Virus record (IMG/VR): IMGVR_UViG_3300023179_000012
Strand: one strand, 5' to 3'
DNA length: 64,000 nucleotides
Origin: a virus
Shown piece by piece: positions 29,023 through 37,289 of this stretch. A program made the translations under genes and the position numbers. The first letter of the stretch is position 1, and each line of letters begins with the position of its first letter. The notes under the pieces were generated by a model. That model did no database searches and had not been told where the DNA came from. It saw only the letters and a program-made list of their open reading frames with translations.

Positions 29023-29056
29023 ACGCTTATTATAACATAAGCGTTGTTGGAGTCAA
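29023..29056 (-). promoter_or_regulatory. Sigma70 promoter giving a leaderless dCMP deaminase mRNA, overlapped by an 8-bp dyad
   Basis: TTGACT-N16-TATAAT (TGn); 6 nt separate the -10 from the ATG; ACGCTTAT-N6-ATAAGCGT at 29023-29044. Confidence 0.65.
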
Positions 29057-29304
29057 GATGATTTTGTAAGTTTGTTGTATAGAATCAAACTCAAAACACC
29101 ACCAGCAATTCCCATTATTACGCCAGATGGACTTAAACTATCATAGGTGCCAACCATATATAAAACTGCTCCACCCATATATGATCCGGCCACTCCGATG
29201 GCTACTGTTTGAAAAAATCCCATCTTTTCTTCGCCAGGAACTATAGACTTTGCTATGCTGCCAACGAATAAACCATATACACACCACACTAAAATATTAA
29301 ACAT
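29053..29304 (-). CDS. GlsB/YeaQ/YmgE family membrane protein
   Basis: GLFVGSIAKSIVPG...MGFFQTVAIGVAGSYMGG...GIAGGVLSL. Confidence 0.85.
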   Translation of the reverse strand: MFNILVWCVYGLFVGSIAKSIVPGEEKMGFFQTVAIGVAGSYMGGAVLYMVGTYDSLSPSGVIMGIAGGVLSLILYNKLTKSS

Positions 29305-29686
29305 TTGACATCTCCACTAAGGCTGTGACTTCATCATCCTTGAGATTTTCTCCATTATCTAACAAAGCGTTCAGTAAAGGCATACTATATTTAGCATATT
29401 GTTCTTTACTCATTTTTTGTCTTATTAATTTTTTGAGACGAAGTTTAGTAAACCATCCTCTTTTCATGGAATATGATTTTAGTTCTTGTACATAAAGACT
29501 ACATCTGTCTTGTGCGGTGCAGTCTGCTGATAGTTTATTTTTGTTGCATTCTTGAATGATTCTAATAACAGTTAATATAATGCTTATAACCATTAATATC
29601 GCTATGATACTACCAAAATTTTCATCTTCTGGTATACCCGCTTGCTTAAGTACTCTTTCACTGACTCTTTTTACTTTTGTATTCAT
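29297..29686 (-). CDS. Single-TM membrane protein
   Basis: IIAILMVISIILTVI hydrophobic helix. Confidence 0.6.
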   Translation of the reverse strand: MNTKVKRVSERVLKQAGIPEDENFGSIIAILMVISIILTVIRIIQECNKNKLSADCTAQDRCSLYVQELKSYSMKRGWFTKLRLKKLIRQKMSKEQYAKYSMPLLNALLDNGENLKDDEVTALVEMSNV

Positions 29687-29994
29687 TTTTTGATTACTCT
29701 GGTTTTACAATCAGGTTTTAGGACTACTGGTGGGTGAGTGATTTCTGAATCGCTTTGCTTATCTGGCTCACAATATCCGCAATCAACTTTCTTAATACCA
29801 TCTCCACTCCAATACCATCCTTGACCCTTGCATACCGGACAATCTTTACGCTTATATTTTTTTACATTCTCTACGTTTTTAGCTTTAATTATACTACCAG
29901 TTAACACAACTGGGGCTGTAGTGGATCCATTGTATCCATAATCGGAAGCTACCATTATTGATGCTATTAAACATAAACCCAAGACTTTATTCAC
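29683..29994 (-). CDS. Exported small protein with DnaJ-like CxxCxGxG...CxxC motif
   Basis: GTG start; signal-like VLGLCLIASIMVA; CPVCKGQG...CGYC. Confidence 0.6.
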   Translation of the reverse strand: MNKVLGLCLIASIMVASDYGYNGSTTAPVVLTGSIIKAKNVENVKKYKRKDCPVCKGQGWYWSGDGIKKVDCGYCEPDKQSDSEITHPPVVLKPDCKTRVIKK

Positions 29995-30145
29995 TTTTAT
30001 TTCTCCATGGAAAAATTTTACGCTTAGGTTTTTTTGGATCAACCTTTTCTGTATTTTGTGGCATTACAATTTTTAATACACTTAATATGAAATTGGTAAT
30101 TAATTTCAACAAATGATTTAATACTATTTTATCTCTTAGATTCAT
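29987..30145 (-). CDS. 52-aa small protein, absent from the supplied track (amphipathic helix + basic tail)
   Basis: ATGA overlap with the peptidase stop; MNLRDKIVLNHLLKLITNFILSVLKIVMPQNTEKVDPKKPKRKIFPWRNKSE. Confidence 0.6.
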   Translation of the reverse strand: MNLRDKIVLNHLLKLITNFILSVLKIVMPQNTEKVDPKKPKRKIFPWRNKSE

Positions 30146-31068
30146 AAGTATTCCTCAAAACCGTAAGAAGGAAGTTTTTGAACAGGAAAACCGTCAAATT
30201 GACTAAACGCATATGAGCCACTTTGAGCCAGCATCCCTGCTGCAACTTCTGCACGAATTAGAAAAGATCCATCTGGAATTGGACCCCACTGTGGATGACC
30301 ACCATCGTTCCACTTACCCCAACTATTTTGCACTAAAAATAATGGTTCGCTACCAGTATCATCACATGCTATCCAAGCCATGCAATGAGCCCAGCTTCCA
30401 CTGGTGTTAGCTATTCCATTCTTATCGCGTTTATTGCTAAAGCCATAACTAGAGCATACCGCTAAACCGTAACCATTAGCAAGAGCGTCTCTGGCCTCCT
30501 CAATAGTTTTAACTAAGCTAACTGTTTTAATTTGATGATCGTTAGCCAGATCAATAATAGGATCTGGTAGTCCTCTTCCGCCCCAGTTGGCTCCTATATT
30601 GCCATTATATTTACTTAGATCAATAATACCCTTATAATCTTTTCTAACTAATATGCCCCCGTTTTCACTAACGAATGTGGCTGCTCTAGCACAACTCATT
30701 CCTTGACCACCATGACCGCGAGCACCATAAATAGCTTCTGTTGCTCCTCTTGCTATCCATCCTTCTCTTTCTTTATTAACATCTATTTCTACTGCTCGAC
30801 TAACATCACAAGCATTTCGTGTTCCGTGTGAGACACAATCTCCAGTAGTTTGTCTTTCATTATAAGGATTCTTATCAAATTTCAACACGCTTTTGTAAGG
30901 AGTACTAAGTTTACCCTTTCCGCTGTTTTTTATTCTTTTCGCTCCGTCGCCAAAATAAGCATATTTACTATTTTCTAATAATTGTTCATAAACATGCTCT
31001 TCCCATAAGCATCCTTGAAAGCCTTTACGATAATTATTATATAAATCAATAGGAGAAAAACGTGGCAT
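30142..31068 (-). CDS. Papain-like cysteine peptidase (C1-like)
   Basis: QTTGDCVSH (Gln, Cys), WAHCM (His), QNSWG (Asn). Confidence 0.88.
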   Translation of the reverse strand: MPRFSPIDLYNNYRKGFQGCLWEEHVYEQLLENSKYAYFGDGAKRIKNSGKGKLSTPYKSVLKFDKNPYNERQTTGDCVSHGTRNACDVSRAVEIDVNKEREGWIARGATEAIYGARGHGGQGMSCARAATFVSENGGILVRKDYKGIIDLSKYNGNIGANWGGRGLPDPIIDLANDHQIKTVSLVKTIEEARDALANGYGLAVCSSYGFSNKRDKNGIANTSGSWAHCMAWIACDDTGSEPLFLVQNSWGKWNDGGHPQWGPIPDGSFLIRAEVAAGMLAQSGSYAFSQFDGFPVQKLPSYGFEEYL

Positions 31069-31556
31069 TATTTTGTTCCTTCTACAAAAGCCCAAGATAA
31101 AGCTCTAAAACCTTCAACGGCCTTTGCTCTTAATTCAGGGTCTAGTGGTATGCTGTCCTCTCCAATGGCCGCTACTATAACGCCGTTTGCTGCCTTGGCT
31201 AAATCTGGATATTTACCTTTAATATCCATTCTTAACATTGGACCACTAAGAGCATTAGCAAATCTTAAATCATCGGTAGTTTTAATGACCATCTCTTCTC
31301 CGTCTAGTTCAACCAATGTGGAAAGATCAAAAGCAAGATCAGATAGTCTAAGACCATCCTTTACCCTTGATGATCCCCCGCTCTTTAGGGCCTCTATCAC
31401 AGAACCGCAAGCCTCTTTTAATTTTGCATCAGCCGGAGGCGTGACCACAACAATATTGTCAACAGGCTTTCTATTCCATACTGATGACAAATCTGGTTTC
31501 ACTAAACCAAAGACTATTAATAGTCCTGCTACAACAAGTAGTAATTTTTTATTCAT
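31068..31556 (-). CDS. Signal/TM-anchored exported protein
   Basis: MNKKLLLVVAGLLIVFGLV N-terminus. Confidence 0.6.
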   Translation of the reverse strand: MNKKLLLVVAGLLIVFGLVKPDLSSVWNRKPVDNIVVVTPPADAKLKEACGSVIEALKSGGSSRVKDGLRLSDLAFDLSTLVELDGEEMVIKTTDDLRFANALSGPMLRMDIKGKYPDLAKAANGVIVAAIGEDSIPLDPELRAKAVEGFRALSWAFVEGTK

Positions 31557-31983
31557 CTGTATTTTCCTTTTCCTTGCATACTGTTGGACTTAAATATGGA
31601 AACATTTGATCAGCTACTTTAATAGCTTGAACACAACCGCTTTTAACAGCCAAGTCTCTGGTCTGTTTCCAAGATGTAACAAGACTAAAGAATAAATCAT
31701 TAGTATTAGTTGGTGGTGTTGATGTTGATGTTGACACAACTGGTTTCACACCATCAGATACTATCAATGTTAAGTCAGATAAACTTGGTACAGGGTTTTT
31801 AGGAACAGGTGTTACGACAACCTTGCTCTTAAAAGAATTAACTAAGTCTTGAACCACCTTTGCTACTGGACTTAGTTTATCTTTAAATAGAACCCATAAA
31901 ACGATTCCTACTCCTGCATATAGAGCCAAATCCGTTTTGCCCAAGCCCCTACTAAATTCTTCAAAAGTTTGAGTGTAGTCCAT
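31549..31983 (-). CDS. Single-TM protein with Pro/Thr linker
   Basis: LALYAGVGIVLWVLF; VSTSTSTPPT. Confidence 0.6.
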   Translation of the reverse strand: MDYTQTFEEFSRGLGKTDLALYAGVGIVLWVLFKDKLSPVAKVVQDLVNSFKSKVVVTPVPKNPVPSLSDLTLIVSDGVKPVVSTSTSTPPTNTNDLFFSLVTSWKQTRDLAVKSGCVQAIKVADQMFPYLSPTVCKEKENTDE

Positions 31984-31994
31984 ATAAACCTTTC

Positions 31995-32387
31995 TTAGTT
32001 AACAGCTACCTTTTTCTTTAAAAATACTCCTGTTTCTCTAAATGTTGTAACTAGCGCATCAATCGATGCTCCTACCAACACCATAAGAAACGATTTAACA
32101 TACTTATGTATCATAGGCTCTAAAATATTTGGCACAACAGGGATATCGACCACTAAGAAAACACTATCATAAAACTTATTAAGAAGATCTAAAGCTAGAG
32201 CTTTTTTATCTGGACCTTCTAAGTCTTTACCAATAATTTCTATTATTTGAATAACAGATGCTGTTGCTAATTGTAAAATCTTCCAAGCTTCTGATATAGC
32301 GAATCTTTTAACTTCCTGAAGTTTTTCTTTTGTTTTTAGTATTAGTTTTTCTACTTCTAGTTTTATTAGTTCTTGGCTTGTTGTCAT
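31995..32387 (-). CDS. Possible holin-like protein
   Basis: LEGPDKKALA motif reminiscent of LL-H-type holins; hydrophobic C-terminus. Start reassigned to 32387. Confidence 0.35.
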   Translation of the reverse strand: MTTSQELIKLEVEKLILKTKEKLQEVKRFAISEAWKILQLATASVIQIIEIIGKDLEGPDKKALALDLLNKFYDSVFLVVDIPVVPNILEPMIHKYVKSFLMVLVGASIDALVTTFRETGVFLKKKVAVN

Positions 32388-32658
32388 TTTTAACTTCTTC
32401 CTTTGGTTCTTGAGGACTATTAACTTGACTATTCCACCATGATTGCTTAACAGATGATCTGCCTTTGATATATTTGTATAGAATGAAGATCTGTCCACTT
32501 ATTAGTATACACGATTCTACCGCGTGGGAGACTATCTCTATAAGTTGATCTTTATTTTCACTCTCTTTAATTAATCCAGTTAAATATAGTCCACTAAAAA
32601 TAAAACTAACTAGAGTAAACCAGAACTCACTAGTTTTATATCCGGCTTTCATTTTCAT
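32308..32658 (-). CDS. Two-TM holin-like protein
   Basis: KAGYKTSEFWFTL N-terminus, two TM segments, highly basic C-tail. Confidence 0.45.
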   Translation of the reverse strand: MKMKAGYKTSEFWFTLVSFIFSGLYLTGLIKESENKDQLIEIVSHAVESCILISGQIFILYKYIKGRSSVKQSWWNSQVNSPQEPKEEVKNDNKPRTNKTRSRKTNTKNKRKTSGS

Positions 32659-32691
32659 AGTATTTTTTTAATAATTATGTTTAAATTTTAA

Positions 32692-32880
32692 TTATTTACC
32701 ATAATAGTATGATGGATCATCGAACCTGTTATCAAATTTAGATTGTATGTTACTAATTGTTGGAACATTACTTACATAAGTATTTATAGTAGAATACTGG
32801 CCAGTTTTTGTACAGGATACTAATACTGTGCCATTCTTTACTACCACCCCACTAACAGCGGCTTGGATATCATTTGCCAT
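32692..32880 (-). CDS. Hypothetical protein
   Basis: SD GGAG upstream; 62 aa. Confidence 0.55.
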   Translation of the reverse strand: MANDIQAAVSGVVVKNGTVLVSCTKTGQYSTINTYVSNVPTISNIQSKFDNRFDDPSYYYGK

Positions 32881-32890
32881 GATTTACTCC

Positions 32891-33214
32891 TTATGTGTTT
32901 CTTTCTATTCTTTCTTCTAATGCTTCTAATGTTTTACCGAGAGTTGCTATTTGCACTTTTAACTCATTCATAACTTCTATTACTTTTTGTAGAGTAACAG
33001 ATAGTGCTATTTGTGTTTCTTTATTAGTTGCTAATCTCTCCATAATAAATTGACGGTCTTGACAATATGGAGAATCATTATGAATCATTTTACTAATCTC
33101 TTCTTTAGTAACTACTTTGCGTCCAATACCTACCCAAAACCCTATTAGGGTAATTACTACGCCTATGCTAACAGAAGCAACAGATTGCCAAAAATTGACA
33201 ATAGATTCATTCAT
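32891..33214 (-). CDS. TM + coiled-coil protein (holin/hemolysin-like topology)
   Basis: VASVSIGVVITLIGFWVGIG followed by a heptad-rich C-terminus; SD GGAG before ATG 33214. Confidence 0.55.
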   Translation of the reverse strand: MNESIVNFWQSVASVSIGVVITLIGFWVGIGRKVVTKEEISKMIHNDSPYCQDRQFIMERLATNKETQIALSVTLQKVIEVMNELKVQIATLGKTLEALEERIERNT

Positions 33215-33252
33215 AGAGTTAGCTCCACAAGTAAATAAAGATATAATCAATG

Positions 33253-33263
33253 TATTTATACAC
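33253..33263 (-). promoter_or_regulatory. Candidate late promoter GTGTATAAATA
   Basis: Contains the T4-late-like TATAAATA; 38 nt upstream of ATG 33214. Confidence 0.35.
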
Positions 33264-33268
33264 TATTT

Positions 33269-33298
33269 AAAAAAATAAGCCATAGATCTCTCTATGGC
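33269..33298 (-). terminator. Rho-independent terminator
   Basis: GCCATAGA-gaga-TCTATGGC followed by TTATTTTTTT on the minus strand. Confidence 0.65.
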
Positions 33299-33332
33299 CT
33301 ATCTTTAGATAGCATTATAGTAGCTTATATTA

Positions 33333-33863
33333 TCAGCCACCTGTCTTAGCAGCATAATCTACTGATACTGGAACTGGTTGACCAAGCTTATATGTTAATT
33401 GGCCAGGAGCACTTCTGCTTGGTGTGGCTGCATAGTCACTAGCAAGACTATCAACAGCAACAACTGGAAAACCACTGTCAAATGCGCCAGTATATCTGTT
33501 GTACTTGTTCGCTCTAATAGCTGTGGTTAATCTACGAGTTCTTAAAACTTCAAGCTTATGAATACTTCTAATTTGACCGGGTACATCGGCGCCGCTTCTT
33601 AATACTGTGTTACTTACACCCGAAAGTGTTGTTGTTACTCTTAGAGCAATTGGACCAGGATTATTATAGGCAAAAGTACCAGCACTAAGAGCTTTGTCTG
33701 TATCTGTACCATTGATTGGAAAAGTTCCAATTGGACCCCCATTGGTATTACCGAGATGAATACTTTCTAGTACTGTTGATGAGCCACCATTAACGACAGA
33801 TCCACCATTATTATTGGTAGAAGTCGAAGTGACTGCTGACCCGCTTACTTGTTGAATGGCCAT
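33333..33863 (-). CDS. Probable virion structural protein (Gly/Ser/Thr-rich)
   Basis: Beta-rich, small-residue composition; strong SD AGGAG; own terminator. Confidence 0.45.
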   Translation of the reverse strand: MAIQQVSGSAVTSTSTNNNGGSVVNGGSSTVLESIHLGNTNGGPIGTFPINGTDTDKALSAGTFAYNNPGPIALRVTTTLSGVSNTVLRSGADVPGQIRSIHKLEVLRTRRLTTAIRANKYNRYTGAFDSGFPVVAVDSLASDYAATPSRSAPGQLTYKLGQPVPVSVDYAAKTGG

Positions 33864-33901
33864 AAATTCTTCTCCTGTGTAAATTGATCAATATACATTA
33901 A

Positions 33902-33911
33902 TACTATACAC
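33902..33911 (-). promoter_or_regulatory. Candidate late promoter GTGTATAGTA
   Basis: 38 nt upstream of ATG 33863, the same spacing as the motif at 33253. Confidence 0.35.
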
Positions 33912-33958
33912 AGTAATTAGATTTTTTACAGAAATTACCAAATTAATTGGCCGTAATT

Positions 33959-34600
33959 TTATTTATGCTGAAAGTATGTTGTAATAGCATTAGTATTAGT
34001 AAATCTGATTGATTCTATTTTATTTTTTTTAAGCAGAGAAACGTGTTCTTTGGTCCAAATGTTGGCAGTAAAAATTGGTTGAATATTTGTTTTTTGTTTT
34101 AGTAAATTGTATGCTATGATATTATCATGAATATCATCAAGCATATGACCAGTAGAAACATAAATTGTACAAATGGACGCTTCTAAAAGCAGATTACAAG
34201 CCTTGATTAAAGACTGATGTGTGAATATTCTATATTCTAAATAATAATTTAATTGTACATTATGTTTTTGACAAATAGCAAGGTTATTAGAGATATCTAG
34301 TCTAAGTTTATCATATTTTTTATTGCTAAGATAATTATTTTGAAAAACAATATCTATTTTTTCAGCACCATTTTCAATAGCATTATTAATGGCGTCATTT
34401 CTAGTTTTAATATCAGACAAACCAAAAGGATAATCAATAGCATTAGCTATAATTTTATTACCAATTAGTGGCTTACACATTTTTGTATAATAAAATGGTA
34501 CAGACACCGCATCTATATTATTAGCAACCTTTTCGAGATTAGTCTTTATATCTAATTCCGAAAGATCTAAATCATAAATTGCATATTCAAAATATTTCAT
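33959..34600 (-). CDS. DeoC (deoxyribose-phosphate aldolase)-fold protein, catalytic Lys lost
   Basis: IDYPFG, GAEKIDIV, YLE, YVSTG (canonical KTSTG), TANIWTKE (canonical KASGGxRT). Confidence 0.75.
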   Translation of the reverse strand: MKYFEYAIYDLDLSELDIKTNLEKVANNIDAVSVPFYYTKMCKPLIGNKIIANAIDYPFGLSDIKTRNDAINNAIENGAEKIDIVFQNNYLSNKKYDKLRLDISNNLAICQKHNVQLNYYLEYRIFTHQSLIKACNLLLEASICTIYVSTGHMLDDIHDNIIAYNLLKQKTNIQPIFTANIWTKEHVSLLKKNKIESIRFTNTNAITTYFQHK

Positions 34601-35271
34601 AATTTTTTACTAAGATTTTGTAATGATTCTATACTTGGAAATCTCTTACTACCAAGTACACCGTCAGCAAAATTATAGTTGACTGCTTCTTGTGCAGTTA
34701 ATATCCAATCGCATTTATTTGCCAATTGAGATATAATATGTTTTTTGGCTATCATTCTCTTCAAATTTTTTGATTTTGCCAGATCGCTTGAGATATATTT
34801 ATCTGTAAAAATATCAATCATTTTCTCGCTCTCTTTTTCACTCCATTGAACCCAACTCAATGCTGCTTTATGATCATTATCCACACTAATAGAGCCATAA
34901 TGAATTAGAACATGGGTATTCGGCATTAAGACTCTAACATCAGCAGCCTGTAAAATAACACTACTAGCAGACTCGACGCTACCATATGCTAGAATAATAA
35001 TTTTTGATTTTGATAATCTTATAGTATCATAAATACCCATTCCGTCGCTCCACACACCACCGGGAAGGTGCATATGCACAAGAATAGGTTCTATAGAAAT
35101 AGAATTTAAATATCTGATATTTTTTTCAAACATAATTGCTGATCGATACTCTACGCCCTGTTCGTCTTCGGCATCAAAATAAGAATGTAAAAATATTTCT
35201 CTATTTTTGATATCAATATTATATTGATGAATATTAAATAAATCAGTATCGACTGATATTTTTTGAGTCAT
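34597..35271 (-). CDS. clpP: ClpP-family protease
   Basis: PGGVWSDGMGIYDTI, GSVESAS (Ser), VLIHY (His), CDWILTAQEAVNY..AD (Asp). Confidence 0.85.
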   Translation of the reverse strand: MTQKISVDTDLFNIHQYNIDIKNREIFLHSYFDAEDEQGVEYRSAIMFEKNIRYLNSISIEPILVHMHLPGGVWSDGMGIYDTIRLSKSKIIILAYGSVESASSVILQAADVRVLMPNTHVLIHYGSISVDNDHKAALSWVQWSEKESEKMIDIFTDKYISSDLAKSKNLKRMIAKKHIISQLANKCDWILTAQEAVNYNFADGVLGSKRFPSIESLQNLSKKL

Positions 35272-35275
35272 ATAA

Positions 35276-35728
35276 TTAGATTATGCTTTCTTTAATTAAA
35301 AAGTTATAGATAGAATCATTCACATCTCTTAACACCACAGAATCTTTAAATGCTTTTCCAACAGAAACTCTGAATCGATATCTAGTAAAAATATCCAGGG
35401 TCTCTACTCCATCAACATTCTCTATAATATTAGCTATGGGCGCTGATATTGTAAATGTAGTATGTCCTGTCCAAAAATTAAAAATTTTGCTTGAAACAGT
35501 ATTTTCTGTTAATGGTATTAAACCTAGTGGTGTTAAAGCAAACTGATCCTTAATCTTTTTAACAAATACGCTTGGTTCTTCATCTTCCTGAATATCTTCG
35601 TCCTCAATATTATCTGTATGGTTTAAATTTTCTTCTGAGAATTTTTCTTCAATATCATCATAACCCAAAGGATCTCGCCATTTCTCCCATACTATTATTT
35701 GTGATTTATCCATTTTTATATTTGGCAA
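35276..35728 (-). CDS. Hypothetical protein; acidic N-terminus, C-terminus Nfu_N-like
   Basis: IIENVDGVETLDIFTRYRFRVSVG resembles the Nfu/NifU N-terminal scaffold domain. Confidence 0.4.
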   Translation of the reverse strand: MPNIKMDKSQIIVWEKWRDPLGYDDIEEKFSEENLNHTDNIEDEDIQEDEEPSVFVKKIKDQFALTPLGLIPLTENTVSSKIFNFWTGHTTFTISAPIANIIENVDGVETLDIFTRYRFRVSVGKAFKDSVVLRDVNDSIYNFLIKESII

Positions 35729-36155
35729 ATACCTGAGATGGTTTAATAACTGCCGCAGAATTTGAAATCGTATTGGGCTTATCTTTATCTTTGGATGTTT
35801 TCATTAGAAAATGAAGATTAAAAATTCTATTTAGTAAACTTTCATTATGGGGTTGTTTTATCTGATTAACAAGAATATCAAGGATTTGATCTTCAAGTTT
35901 ACCACTTGTTATTATATAGAAAAACTCAGACACAACAAGAGCATATTCTATTTCTGTTATATTCTTATTTTTTAAAATATCATCAAAAAATACTTGAATT
36001 TCGATCTCATAATTTTTATTCAACGATATCAACACGTCTGCAAAAGAATCTTTATTAGAAGCTAGATCTTTATTTAAAACGGTCTGTTTATTATAGGGTT
36101 TGGTAGGATTATTTTTTGAAAATAAAAGACCTTTTAAAAAATTTATGATCTTCAT
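35706..36155 (-). CDS. Hypothetical protein
   Basis: Overlapping ORF in the operon. Confidence 0.55.
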   Translation of the reverse strand: MKIINFLKGLLFSKNNPTKPYNKQTVLNKDLASNKDSFADVLISLNKNYEIEIQVFFDDILKNKNITEIEYALVVSEFFYIITSGKLEDQILDILVNQIKQPHNESLLNRIFNLHFLMKTSKDKDKPNTISNSAAVIKPSQVFAKYKNG

Positions 36156-36595
36156 ATAATCATCTTGTCTAGAATATACTGAACCAATCTTGAGTGATCC
36201 GTCATAGTTTGTAAGAAATCTGGTGCGGAAGGTTTGTCTAGTTCAACCCAGTAAAATTGATTTGATGGTAATTTTTGGTGAAGTATAATGCCGCATAATA
36301 GAACTATGTCGCTATCTGTATCAAAGTTATATAGTTCTTTTTCATTGGTAACAATATTCATCAAGAGATAGTTTTGAATATCCATAAAAGATATGATAAT
36401 CTCTTCATAAAATTTAATAGCATCATTGGCAAATAAGTTTTTGATATACAACCTAATCTCATTATATAAAAACTTTGGGGTTTCTATCTTAGAAAAGGGC
36501 AATTTAATTTTATTTTTTTCTGATGACGCTATATAAACTTTATTGTTTTGATTATCCGCAGACAATATAGCGTAGCAGCAAACGATATTGCTCAT
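36152..36595 (-). CDS. Hypothetical protein, possibly a degenerate NUDIX fold
   Basis: VYIASS...IKLPFSKIE..KFLYNEIR weakly follows NUDIX spacing without the acidic box. Confidence 0.3.
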   Translation of the reverse strand: MSNIVCCYAILSADNQNNKVYIASSEKNKIKLPFSKIETPKFLYNEIRLYIKNLFANDAIKFYEEIIISFMDIQNYLLMNIVTNEKELYNFDTDSDIVLLCGIILHQKLPSNQFYWVELDKPSAPDFLQTMTDHSRLVQYILDKMII

Positions 36596-37236
36596 AATAG
36601 CTCTCTAATTTTTTGCAGAGAATTCTTGATGCTTTGTCTTATAGCCTCTCTGGTAACTCCGTGCAAATTACCAATTTTTTCCAGAGTTAAATTCTCAAAG
36701 AAGTATAAACGTATATATTCTTTTTGCTTATCAGACAATAAATCAGAGGACAGAATATTTTTAATTAACTCTTTAATATTATTGTTGTCCTCATTATCAG
36801 CTAAAATATCCGCAGGATCTTTTTGTCTTGTATCCGCTAATATGTCTCCAATTTCCAGACCCTCATCCATGTTAAGATGATTTAGTGAATATTGACAGTC
36901 TTTCTTTTTCTTACTATGTTTGGTTTTGTAGTTCTTAGTTACATAAGTTTTGATTGCCCAAATTCCGCATTGGTTTCGGTAAGAGTAAAGAGATTTATTT
37001 CTAATATCATCAGAGGAATTATCTCTCCATCTCCAATCCCCCATCATAATAGCGTTTGCTACAAAGGCTATAGCGTCCTCATTATGGAGCATGGTTTTAG
37101 AGAAGTTTCCTGCAAATTTAGAACCCATCTTTGCTATAATCTTTTGTGCAAGTGTTAGATAAAAATCTAGCGACTCAAAATTAACAGTCTTATGGTCTTT
37201 ATAAGATATCTTTGGTTTACCTATTGATGGTATCAT
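36592..37236 (-). CDS. Phage RNA polymerase sigma70-family factor
   Basis: Region 2-like SLYSYRNQCGIWAI; region 4 LSDKQKEYIRLYFFENLTLEKIGNLHGVTREAIRQ. Confidence 0.8.
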   Translation of the reverse strand: MIPSIGKPKISYKDHKTVNFESLDFYLTLAQKIIAKMGSKFAGNFSKTMLHNEDAIAFVANAIMMGDWRWRDNSSDDIRNKSLYSYRNQCGIWAIKTYVTKNYKTKHSKKKKDCQYSLNHLNMDEGLEIGDILADTRQKDPADILADNEDNNNIKELIKNILSSDLLSDKQKEYIRLYFFENLTLEKIGNLHGVTREAIRQSIKNSLQKIRELL

Positions 37237-37289
37237 TATTTTCCTTTGTTTAAAGTCCTAAAATCCAATTCGTCTAATTATCTAATCAA

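Noticed and set aside
30071-30081. Third copy of the GTGTAT late-promoter motif
   Set aside because: Lies inside the 52-aa ORF 29987-30145; other copies (e.g. 32503-32512) are also coding and may be chance.
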